In this document: positions 56,383 through 64,000 of the stretch, in pieces
Position numbering within the stretch: position 1 is the first letter of the stretch
Layout of the letters: each line of letters starts with the position of its first letter
Source: a bacterium
Lineage (GTDB): Bacteria > Ratteibacteria > UBA8468 > B48-G9 > DSTR01
Assembly: GCA_029551285.1 (NCBI GenBank)
Contig: JAKPFT010000087.1
Span: forward strand, 168 to 64,167
Length of the DNA: 64,000 nucleotides
Direction of reading: 5' to 3'
Notes under the pieces: generated by a model
Told to the model about the DNA's origin: nothing
Databases searched by the model: none
The model's input: only the letters and a program-made list of their open reading frames with translations
Position numbers and translations under genes: made by a program

Positions 56383-58965
56383 ATGAAGAAGAAGGTGTTA
56401 GTTGTTTGCCTGCTGCTGATAGTCGGTGTTGTCCTTTATTCCAACACCTTCCGTGTGCCTTTCACCTTTGACGATTATCACTCCATTGTCCTGAATGACA
56501 AAATTCATTCCTGGGGCGACTGGTCTGCCATCTGGTCTTTCAGCCGCGCGCGTTTTCTCACCTATCTTACCTTTGCGCTAAACTACCACTTCGGCGGCCT
56601 GCATGTTACTGGCTACCACCTGGTGAACCTTTTGATTCACCTGTCGGCTTCCATCGTCCTTTTCTTTTTCGTTTTACTTCTGACAGGGACAGCGTTTGAG
56701 CCTGAGCGGTCATTCCTGATTGCGGCTGTGGCTTCGCTAATTTTCCTGATTCACCCGCTCCAGACTCAGGCGGTTACCTACATCGTCCAGCGGGCAGCCA
56801 GCCTGGCGACACTGTGTTACCTGGCGACGCTCTGGCTCTATCTTAAGTATCGGCTTTCTCCTGAAAGAAAACGCTGGCTTTACTATTGCCTGGCGCTGCT
56901 TGTTGCCGTCGCGGGAATGTTCACCAAGGAAATCTGTTTTACCCTGCCGCTGATGATTCTGATGGTTAACCTTATCTCAGGAAAGGCCTGGCGCCGTGAC
57001 TGCCTGCCTTTTCTTCTCACCATGGCGGTCGTGCCGGCGCTTCACCTTTCGGGCGTGAAAGGCGCTGGACTGGGAGAAATCGGCCGGCTTGCCGAACCCA
57101 GCGGCACCATCGGGCCTCTAACTTACCTTTTTACCCAGTTTCGGGTGCTGGTCAGTTACCTGCGGCTTTTGCTTTTTCCGATTAAGCAGAACCTTGACTA
57201 CGACTACCCGGTGTACCACAGTTTTCTGGTGCCGCCGGTCTGGGGCAGTTTTCTGCTGCTGGCGTTTCTGTCTGGTCTGGGTTTCTATGCTTACCGGAAG
57301 GGGCAGCGGTTTTTTAGCCTGGCCGTGGCCTGGTTTTTTGTGGCGCTGGCTGTAGAAAGCAGTATCTACCCCATCGCCGATGTCATCTTTGAACACCGTC
57401 TTTACTTAGCGATGCCAGCATATGCTCTGGCAGTGGCGCTGCTTTTCGCTTACCTGAAAGGACAGGCGCCAAAATTTCTCTGGGCTACGGCTCTGGTTCT
57501 TCTGATGGCTGGCTACTCTACGCTGGCCTACACGCGTAACAATGTCTGGAAAAGCGCGGTCAGCCTCTGGCAGGATGTGGTGAGGAAAAGCCCGGGAAAA
57601 GCCAGAGCCCACCACAACCTTGGGCATGCCCTCACCGGCGAGAAAAAACTTGACGCGGCGCTAAAAGAGTTTAACCTTGCCTTAAAACTTAACCCGAATT
57701 TCCATCTCACCTACTTTACCCGGGGCAGTCTTTACGCCCAGATGGGCCAGTACCAGAAGGCACTGGATGATTTCAACACCCTGCTGAAGATAAGTCTGGA
57801 TAAGACCAGGCTAAGTCATGTTTATGTCGCCCGCGGGAAACTTTATGCGGAATTGGGAGAGATGGAAAAAGCCCTGAGTGATTTTAACCAGGCCATCAGG
57901 CTTGACAGGAAAAGTGCGATTGCCTTCAGCGAGCGCGGCCTGCTTTTTGCCAAACACGGACAGTATCAGCAGGCCATCAGGGATTTCAACGAGGCTCTGA
58001 GACTGAACAGCCACCTGGCTGACGCCTACAACAACCGGGGTCTGGCCCGGGTCTACCAGGGAGAGATTGAAGCTGCCCTGATGGACTTTAGAAGGGCGCT
58101 GAATGAGATGCCTGACTTTGCCAGCGTCTATGTGAACATGGGACTGGCCTATTTCCGGCGAGGCGACTGGCCGCAGGCTCTCAAAGCGTATCAGAAGGCG
58201 CTGGAGTTAAACAGTGAACTTTCCAGTGCCTACGCGGGGCTGGCACTGGTATATCGCAAGATGGGTCAGACAGAAAAAGCCAGGCAGCAACTGGAATCGG
58301 CCCTGGCCGCGAAGCCAGGGGATAAAACGCTGCTGAAGGCTCTGGAAGACCTGAAAAAAGAAAGCGCAGCCATGGCTTTGTCCAGCGTTCGCTCGCTAGC
58401 TCTGTCTTACTGTGAAAAGGGAAACGCTTTCCGGGAAAAGGGAGACTGGCTGGCCGCAATAGAACAGTACAATCTGGCTTTGAAGGAAGACCCGACTTTT
58501 GCTGCCGCCTACTACAACCGCGGCCGTACCTACCAGGAATTAGGAAAAAACGAGGAAGCACTGAACGACTACCTCCTGGCGCTGAAATATAATCCGAAAG
58601 ATGCCGAAGCCTGGAATAACAAGGGTTTTCTCTTAGACCAGCAGGGGAAACTTGACCAGGCCATCAGCGATTACTCCCGGGCGATTCTCTACGACCGCGG
58701 CAACAGCCAGGCTTACAACAACCGCGGGAATGCCTTCTTCAAGAAAGGTGAGTACGAGAAGGCTATCGCGGATTACAGCCAGGCCCTTGGTCTCAACCCG
58801 GCGCTGGCTCAGGCTTACCGGAACCGCGGGATGGCTTACGGGAAACTTAAGGAATACGAAAAAGCCGCCCTTGATTTTCAGAAGTATCTGGAGCTGAACC
58901 CGGATGACCCGAAGAAGGATAGCCTGAAAAAATTCATTGAAAAGCACATCAAGGGTGGGTCTTAA
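56383..58965 (+). CDS. Second TMTC-like GT-C glycosyltransferase with extended TPR array
   Basis: Probable start MKKKVLVV; FTFDDY, HPLQTQAVTYIVQRA, KE, EHRLYL; paralog of 40115-42277. Confidence 0.85.
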   Translation: MKKKVLVVCLLLIVGVVLYSNTFRVPFTFDDYHSIVLNDKIHSWGDWSAIWSFSRARFLTYLTFALNYHFGGLHVTGYHLVNLLIHLSASIVLFFFVLLLTGTAFEPERSFLIAAVASLIFLIHPLQTQAVTYIVQRAASLATLCYLATLWLYLKYRLSPERKRWLYYCLALLVAVAGMFTKEICFTLPLMILMVNLISGKAWRRDCLPFLLTMAVVPALHLSGVKGAGLGEIGRLAEPSGTIGPLTYLFTQFRVLVSYLRLLLFPIKQNLDYDYPVYHSFLVPPVWGSFLLLAFLSGLGFYAYRKGQRFFSLAVAWFFVALAVESSIYPIADVIFEHRLYLAMPAYALAVALLFAYLKGQAPKFLWATALVLLMAGYSTLAYTRNNVWKSAVSLWQDVVRKSPGKARAHHNLGHALTGEKKLDAALKEFNLALKLNPNFHLTYFTRGSLYAQMGQYQKALDDFNTLLKISLDKTRLSHVYVARGKLYAELGEMEKALSDFNQAIRLDRKSAIAFSERGLLFAKHGQYQQAIRDFNEALRLNSHLADAYNNRGLARVYQGEIEAALMDFRRALNEMPDFASVYVNMGLAYFRRGDWPQALKAYQKALELNSELSSAYAGLALVYRKMGQTEKARQQLESALAAKPGDKTLLKALEDLKKESAAMALSSVRSLALSYCEKGNAFREKGDWLAAIEQYNLALKEDPTFAAAYYNRGRTYQELGKNEEALNDYLLALKYNPKDAEAWNNKGFLLDQQGKLDQAISDYSRAILYDRGNSQAYNNRGNAFFKKGEYEKAIADYSQALGLNPALAQAYRNRGMAYGKLKEYEKAALDFQKYLELNPDDPKKDSLKKFIEKHIKGGS

Positions 58966-59632
58966 AAAGAAGAGCGTCCTTTGCTTGCCAGGAGCGGAGA
59001 AAATTCAGGTAGGACAAACCTTTTGTTAGGGAGATGTGTTTCTCTATCACCGGCCAATCAAGAATAGGAGCGCAATTCTCACGCTGGAGATAATCAGGCA
59101 GGCTTGACCAGCGATAATTCTTGAGAAATTGTTCCGCTTTTTCCCAGTTTGCCACTCCCTTTTCCTTCCAGTCAGGTAGCAGTAGATTGAGCGGATTGAG
59201 GTGGATGTATCTGGTGAGGTGGAGTAAATACTCATCGGTTTGAACTTCCTTAACCTTATACCTGCCGTCAAAAAGCACGCCGGTTCTCTCGTAGCGCTCG
59301 TTGAAGTACATGGCGTGCGCCGTGCAGATCTTGCGCAGAAACTTGATAATCCCCCCTTCCCTTTTCTCGCATAACAACAGGTGAAAATGGTTGGGCATAA
59401 GGCAGTAACAGACGATGGAAACAAGGGGTTGCCTTTCCGGAAATTTCCTGAGAGCCGGGGTCTGACTGGCTGCCCGAATCACTGAGGCCGGTCGTTCATC
59501 GTTAAGAGTTAGAAGGGACTGCTGAAATCTGCGATAGTCACGGCTATGGAGAAAGATTTCCCGCTTGTCCACACCCCGGCTGTAGAGATGGTAAAAACCG
59601 CCGCTGGAGAAGAATACTTTTCTGTAAGGCAT
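58949..59632 (-). CDS. REP-associated tyrosine transposase-like (Y1/HUH) protein
   Basis: YHLYSRG, YCLMPNHFHLLL (HUH), G.LF.GRY, YIHLNP and Y.WSS. Confidence 0.88.
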   Translation of the reverse strand: MPYRKVFFSSGGFYHLYSRGVDKREIFLHSRDYRRFQQSLLTLNDERPASVIRAASQTPALRKFPERQPLVSIVCYCLMPNHFHLLLCEKREGGIIKFLRKICTAHAMYFNERYERTGVLFDGRYKVKEVQTDEYLLHLTRYIHLNPLNLLLPDWKEKGVANWEKAEQFLKNYRWSSLPDYLQRENCAPILDWPVIEKHISLTKGLSYLNFLRSWQAKDALLFKTHP

Positions 59633-59647
59633 TGTCTCCTCGTTACT

Positions 59648-59666
59648 TGCAAGGACGGGCCTTGCA
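59648..59666. repeat. Short REP-like palindrome upstream of the RAYT-like gene
   Basis: TGCAAGG-ACGGG-CCTTGCA. Confidence 0.45.
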
Positions 59667-59679
59667 GGAAACGGCGAAG

Positions 59680-59710
59680 AGAAAGGCGGGGAAAAGTTCC
59701 CCGCCTTTCT
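59680..59710 (-). terminator. Intrinsic terminator of the 934-aa gene
   Basis: 14-bp stem AGAAAGGCGGGGAA/TTCCCCGCCTTTCT, 20 nt after the stop. Confidence 0.75.
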
Positions 59711-59730
59711 TTACGGCAACAATCAACACC

Positions 59731-62535
59731 TTACGGCGTCTGGGCAGGTGTTATACCGGTCCAGTACATTTCAAAGGCTGTCCAGGCGTTGTTCAGGCTG
59801 TAGTAGTACTGGCCCTGATAGGTGTTGCTGGCCCAGAAACCGATAATGCTGATGAGGACATTGTCCCAGTTGTCGGTGTTGGATGGCCACTGCGGACCAA
59901 GGTTACCCACCTGATAACCGAGAACCAGTTGCCGGTTGTACTTCCACTCGTTGATGGTGTACAGAAGGTCGGCATCTTCAATGATGGCGTTGTCATTATC
60001 ATCTCTGACGTTTCCATCAGCGTCATAGATGTCGGTGGGGATGTACGGGTTAGCCACCAGAAGTCTGCCGCTACCGGCAACGGCTGTTTCGGTGTTGGCT
60101 CCGGTAACCGGGTTGACATAAACCAACTCGCCGACAAAGTTGGTTTTCTGTCCGGTGGCGGGAGAAACTGCCACGCTGACCTTGACCACATGGTCACTGA
60201 CATTGCCGGCGACACCGCTACCACTGTCAGCGAAGACCAGTTTCAGGGTGTTAAGTCCTGTGTACGGGCTGTTCGCATAGACCACATAGTTGGTGGTTAC
60301 TGTACCATCAACCCAGACCGTGTTAACCGGCGTGCAAGCCATCACATCGTTGAGGACATAGCCGGCTGGCTTGTTCATCTCATCCACATCGATACTGATG
60401 GTATAAATGAGATTGGAGCCGTTAGGTGCGCGGTTCTGCATGATGCGGTTGGCATACATGGTGCCAGAATTCCGCTGGATACCCCAGGCAACTTCGTCAC
60501 CGACTGCGTCACCCGGTAGGGACCCAACAAGGGTTTCCGTCACCGCGCCGCTGGCGTTAGCCAGCAGGATTTCTCTGGTACCCCGGGCAACCACCGTGGC
60601 GACAAAGGCGATGCTGCCATCGCCCACCGGTGAGTAGACCGGGTAGGTCGGGTTGGTGTAGGCCGTGTAGTCAATGTTTCCAGCGCCGAAAAGTTGCACA
60701 TCGGTTCCGGTCTTGGCATCCATGGTATAAATCTTGTAAGAGCAATCCCGGTTGGAAACAAAAACAATCCGGCTGCCGTCCGGGCTGTAGGCAGGATACC
60801 TGTCTGACCAGATGCCCTGAGAGTTGCCAGCCATCAGTTGAACGCGATTGTTCTGAACATTAGCCGTATTAGCAGCCCAGTTCAGGTCAACGCCAGCGGT
60901 CCAGATCTGATGGTTGCCAATGTAGGCTCCAGTGTTCAGCCTGTGGCTGAAGGCAATCTGGTTGTTAGCCGGGGCCACCGCCGGGTCGTAGAGGTCAACG
61001 GTGGTGGCGACCAGTCCGGCCAGGGTAAGAATCTGGGCCGTTGAGCCCATGGTCTCGGTAATCTTTTTCACATAAAGGTTCTTATTCTGAGTTCGAGGGA
61101 GATTTCCATAGGCATAGACGACCCATTTGCCGTCAGCGGAAACTGCCGGACAGCGAACTGCCTGGGTGCCAGCGGTTCCGGCCAGGACAAGCTGGGGATT
61201 GGTGCCGTTGGTGTTGATGATGTGGCTGGTGCTGGGTTCCCCGGTATAGCCGGCTTCAACGAAGTCGTAAACGATGTTGGCACCGTTGGCGTTCAGGTCA
61301 ACGTGGGTGATCTGCTCGCCGCTGGTGAGGTGCGTCACCTGGGTTGCCGTGCCCAGGGTCCCGGTGGCGTCAAAGTCACTGCGGAAGACCTGATAGTTGT
61401 TGACATAGACCAGTCTGGTAGTGCCAATGTCCACGCCGCCTGGCGCCGGTACGGCTGGTCCCCAGGCAACCAGGCCTTCTTCGCCGTTGTCACTGGTCCA
61501 CTCAGCCATCTGGGTGTTGGAAGAAGCGCCGGTGTCATAGTTGGCCTGCCAGACATTAACATCCGCGGAAAGAATCGCGGCGCCATAAAGCATATTACCG
61601 GTGGTCGGCGTCAGCGGAACGTCACGGCTCAGGGCATTATCACCGTAGAAAGCCGGGTCATACTCATCCTTGTCCGGAGTGTTGGTAAGGTTGACCTGGT
61701 TTCCGGTAACCGAGCCGGCTCCGCCGCTGGCGTCAGCCATGTAAACATCCCATTTGGTCCAGGAGAAACCGCTGGCCTGACGCCGGTTGTAAATGATGTA
61801 AGGAATACCACCAGCCACCGCGGTCATCAGACGACCGTACTGGACATTGCCGTTGGGGTTGGAAGTTAGATTGGTCTTGCCCTGACCATCAAGGTTAATC
61901 CGGTAGATATTCTGCACGCCGTTGAGGCTGCCGATGTAAACAACCTGGGTGCTGGGCGTGCTGGCGTTACCATCCAGGAAGGCTGGATGGGAGTAGGTCA
62001 TACCTGTTTCCTGAAGGAGAATTTCCCGGACCTTGGTGGTCACATTGTACTTTACCAGATAGGACTTGCCGGTGGTGGTATCTTCCATCGCTGCCACGAG
62101 AACATTCCCATCTGGAGATAAGGCCGCATACTTATAACTGCTGGTTGCACTTCCTGTGAGGAAAAGATTCACCTGAGGCGCACTGGTAGCGTCAGAGGCA
62201 ACCTTATAAACGTCAAAGTAAGCATTGACTGCCCCACCAGTCCCGCAGTTACTTGTGAAGACGATGCTCTTGCCGTCACTGGTGAAAGCAGGGTTAAGAA
62301 TCATGCCACCGGCGCCAGGAGTGAAGTAAGTCACCTGGCTGACCTCACCGGTCTCCAGGTTCTTCACATACAACTCACCGGTTTGCGTGATAACTCCGTC
62401 GCTGCGGGTGATGGTGCCAACATAGAGGATATTACCCTGTTTACCAAGCGCGGCTTCGGCTGCCTGTGGCAGCATGAGGCCCAGTGCTAAAACCCCAACC
62501 GCTGCTGTTAGCAGCCACCTGACCTTTCTACTCAT
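59731..62535 (-). CDS. Secreted TolB/PD40-like double beta-propeller protein with C-terminal Ig-like and EF-hand/dockerin-like region
   Basis: Signal peptide (AEA), AGGAGGT RBS; P.(F/Y)S.DG..I.F.S blades; C-terminal DNDNAIIEDADLL. Confidence 0.8.
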   Translation of the reverse strand: MSRKVRWLLTAAVGVLALGLMLPQAAEAALGKQGNILYVGTITRSDGVITQTGELYVKNLETGEVSQVTYFTPGAGGMILNPAFTSDGKSIVFTSNCGTGGAVNAYFDVYKVASDATSAPQVNLFLTGSATSSYKYAALSPDGNVLVAAMEDTTTGKSYLVKYNVTTKVREILLQETGMTYSHPAFLDGNASTPSTQVVYIGSLNGVQNIYRINLDGQGKTNLTSNPNGNVQYGRLMTAVAGGIPYIIYNRRQASGFSWTKWDVYMADASGGAGSVTGNQVNLTNTPDKDEYDPAFYGDNALSRDVPLTPTTGNMLYGAAILSADVNVWQANYDTGASSNTQMAEWTSDNGEEGLVAWGPAVPAPGGVDIGTTRLVYVNNYQVFRSDFDATGTLGTATQVTHLTSGEQITHVDLNANGANIVYDFVEAGYTGEPSTSHIINTNGTNPQLVLAGTAGTQAVRCPAVSADGKWVVYAYGNLPRTQNKNLYVKKITETMGSTAQILTLAGLVATTVDLYDPAVAPANNQIAFSHRLNTGAYIGNHQIWTAGVDLNWAANTANVQNNRVQLMAGNSQGIWSDRYPAYSPDGSRIVFVSNRDCSYKIYTMDAKTGTDVQLFGAGNIDYTAYTNPTYPVYSPVGDGSIAFVATVVARGTREILLANASGAVTETLVGSLPGDAVGDEVAWGIQRNSGTMYANRIMQNRAPNGSNLIYTISIDVDEMNKPAGYVLNDVMACTPVNTVWVDGTVTTNYVVYANSPYTGLNTLKLVFADSGSGVAGNVSDHVVKVSVAVSPATGQKTNFVGELVYVNPVTGANTETAVAGSGRLLVANPYIPTDIYDADGNVRDDNDNAIIEDADLLYTINEWKYNRQLVLGYQVGNLGPQWPSNTDNWDNVLISIIGFWASNTYQGQYYYSLNNAWTAFEMYWTGITPAQTP

Positions 62536-62763
62536 ATCCTACCTCCTTTTCTGACAAACTCACTTCTTTTGCCACTACCCCGACTGCTACAGAAAACAAA
62601 CCAACCGCTACTTCCTGTCTCTGTGATTTTTCTCTGTTTCACCTCCTTCATGGTCCGGCGCTACACAGTTGACCTTTCAGCCTTCAGGTGGACCATATTG
62701 CCTGAGGACCGGGATTTTCTTTCCTGGCCGGGTTTTTTAGGTCCGGCCTGACATTGTACCGGA

Positions 62764-62791
62764 ATTTTACCCTATCCCTGAAATTTGTCAA
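62764..62791 (-). promoter_or_regulatory. sigma70 promoter (TTGACA-16-TAAAAT) of the 934-aa gene
   Basis: -35 at 62786-62791, -10 at 62764-62769. Confidence 0.65.
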
Positions 62792-62806
62792 GTCCCCTGT
62801 ATTTTC

Positions 62807-64000
62807 TGTCATTTAAAAATTAAAAGTGCACTGATTTTTTAGGATTTAAAGATTAAAAGTGCACTAATGTTGCCTCTCCCTTGATGGGAGAGGGTCAGGG
62901 TGAGGGTGAAAAGGGGTTAATAAAGAAACAGCGGTAGTAATGTGGATACTGTGGTTAACTCTTAATTTCAAGAGTTATCCAAGCTTTCGTGGATAATGTG
63001 AATAACTGGCTGTTTAGTTATTGAAGACGAAGGCGGCATTATCCACAAAGCGTCAGTATCCACATTTAAGGTCTTATGGTTTAATCTTTTCTTGTTGAAA
63101 ACAAGGAGGATTAGACCATGGGAAAACAAATACATAGGCGTTTGGCGGATGAGCAGGTAAAAGGTTTGCTGGAGAGGTACTGTTCAGGAGAAGTTGAGCT
63201 GGAGTATATATTAAAGATTCTGGAGATAAAGCGCAGGCAATTTTTCAAGATATTAAAGCGATATAGAGAAGATACCGCAAGCTTTTCAATTGCATATAAC
63301 AGACAGGAGAAAACTCGGCAGATTCCGAGGCAGGTAGAAATGAACATTATAAAAGAGTTAAAGATAGAAAGATTCTTGATAGAAGACCCTGCAATGCCGG
63401 TAAGGAACTACAATTACAGTTATGTACGGGACCAGTTGTGGAAGAATTACAAACAGAAGGTTTCCGTGCCGACGATTATAGACAGGGCAAAGAAGAATGA
63501 CTTTTATCTGCCGAAAAAGGAGCATAAAAAGCACGACAGGGAAGTATTGACTAATTATGCCGGAGAGTTAATACAGCATGATTCCTCTCAACATAAATGG
63601 TCACCCTATGCTGATAAAAAATGGTATTTGATAACTTCTCTGGATGATTACAGCCGCAAGATGCTTTATGCTGACCTGGTAGAGAGAGAAACTACATGGG
63701 ACCATATTGCAGCTATGGAAAGCATCTTCTTGAAATATGGACTGCCTTTGTCGTTTTATGTGGACAGCCATTCCATATTCCGGTTTGTGCAGGGCAGGGA
63801 TAGTTTCTGGCGCAAGCATTACAAGGTAACCGATGATGCTGATCCGCAGTGGAAACAGGTGCTCATTGAATGCGGCGTGAAAATAACCTATGCCTTATCT
63901 CCGCAGGCAAAAGGCAAGGTTGAACGGCCATATGGCTGGTTACAGGACAGAATTGTGAGAACCTGTGCGAGAGAGAACATAAAAGAAATCAGAGGTGCCC
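62807..64000 (+). mobile_element. IS1202/ISNCY-like insertion sequence (left part, truncated by window edge)
   Basis: Left end TGT followed by 22-bp direct repeats ATTTAAARATTAAAAGTGCACT (62811-62832, 62844-62865); visibly AT-richer than the host; transposase follows. Confidence 0.72.
63118..64000 (+). CDS. DDE (rve) transposase, IS1202/ISNCY-like, partial
   Basis: Hand translation MGKQIHRRL..GELIQHDSSQHKW..LDDYSR..GLPLSFYVDSHSIF..ALSPQAKGKVER..LQDR; AGGAGG RBS; open to the window end, so absent from the ORF track. Confidence 0.9.
   Translation, partial: MGKQIHRRLADEQVKGLLERYCSGEVELEYILKILEIKRRQFFKILKRYREDTASFSIAYNRQEKTRQIPRQVEMNIIKELKIERFLIEDPAMPVRNYNYSYVRDQLWKNYKQKVSVPTIIDRAKKNDFYLPKKEHKKHDREVLTNYAGELIQHDSSQHKWSPYADKKWYLITSLDDYSRKMLYADLVERETTWDHIAAMESIFLKYGLPLSFYVDSHSIFRFVQGRDSFWRKHYKVTDDADPQWKQVLIECGVKITYALSPQAKGKVERPYGWLQDRIVRTCARENIKEIRGA

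Noticed and set aside
171..61869. Long antisense ORFs (e.g. 171-1151, 51992-52954, 59632-60519, 61222-61869)
   Set aside because: They are shadows of well-supported genes on the opposite strand and have no recognisable motifs.
62536..62760. c-di-GMP or other known riboswitch
   Set aside because: The diagnostic conserved motifs were not found by eye; an Rfam search would be needed.
62939..63066. Chromosomal replication origin
   Set aside because: It lies inside an IS, no dnaA or dnaN is nearby, and the boxes form hairpin arms.
58949..64000. The RAYT-like or IS1202-like transposase as the mobiliser of the MITE
   Set aside because: HUH enzymes make no target duplications, and the IS end (TGTCATTTAAA) does not resemble the MITE TIRs.

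Overview
Chromosomal window from an anaerobic bacterium. The mix of Wood-Ljungdahl genes and giant secreted proteins recalls Omnitrophota/Ratteibacteria-like candidate lineages, but that is an inference. Positions 1-20 kb hold a complete carbonyl-branch CODH/acetyl-CoA synthase cluster in two divergent operons: cooC, an unannotated 53-aa ORF, acsD, cooF, FAD/NAD oxidoreductase, cooS, acsB, acsC, acsE, DUF3786 on the minus strand, and a DRTGG/Pta-N protein, RACo/AcsV, cooC2, an SDR and a flavoprotein on the plus strand. Positions 20-63 kb are a cell-surface island: amrS, nrdJ and gspC sit downstream of a run of secreted modular proteins (dockerins, a 6x repeated uncharacterised GDD..DEGA domain, Ig-like repeats, CFI-box-CTERM, a PQQ-type propeller), followed by a glycosylation operon, two TMTC-like GT-C/TPR proteins flanking a 4515-aa surface protein, a RAYT-like HUH transposase, a TolB-like propeller protein and a truncated IS1202/ISNCY-like IS. 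The most notable result is an apparently unnamed non-autonomous mobile element (292 bp, ~18-bp TIRs, 7-bp target duplications, covarying internal stems) present in four copies at three insertion sites. One insertion is a composite carrying a PemK/MazF toxin-antitoxin pair. All three insertions, and the IS end, begin 15-17 bp upstream of a sigma70 -35 box, suggesting promoter-targeted transposition.
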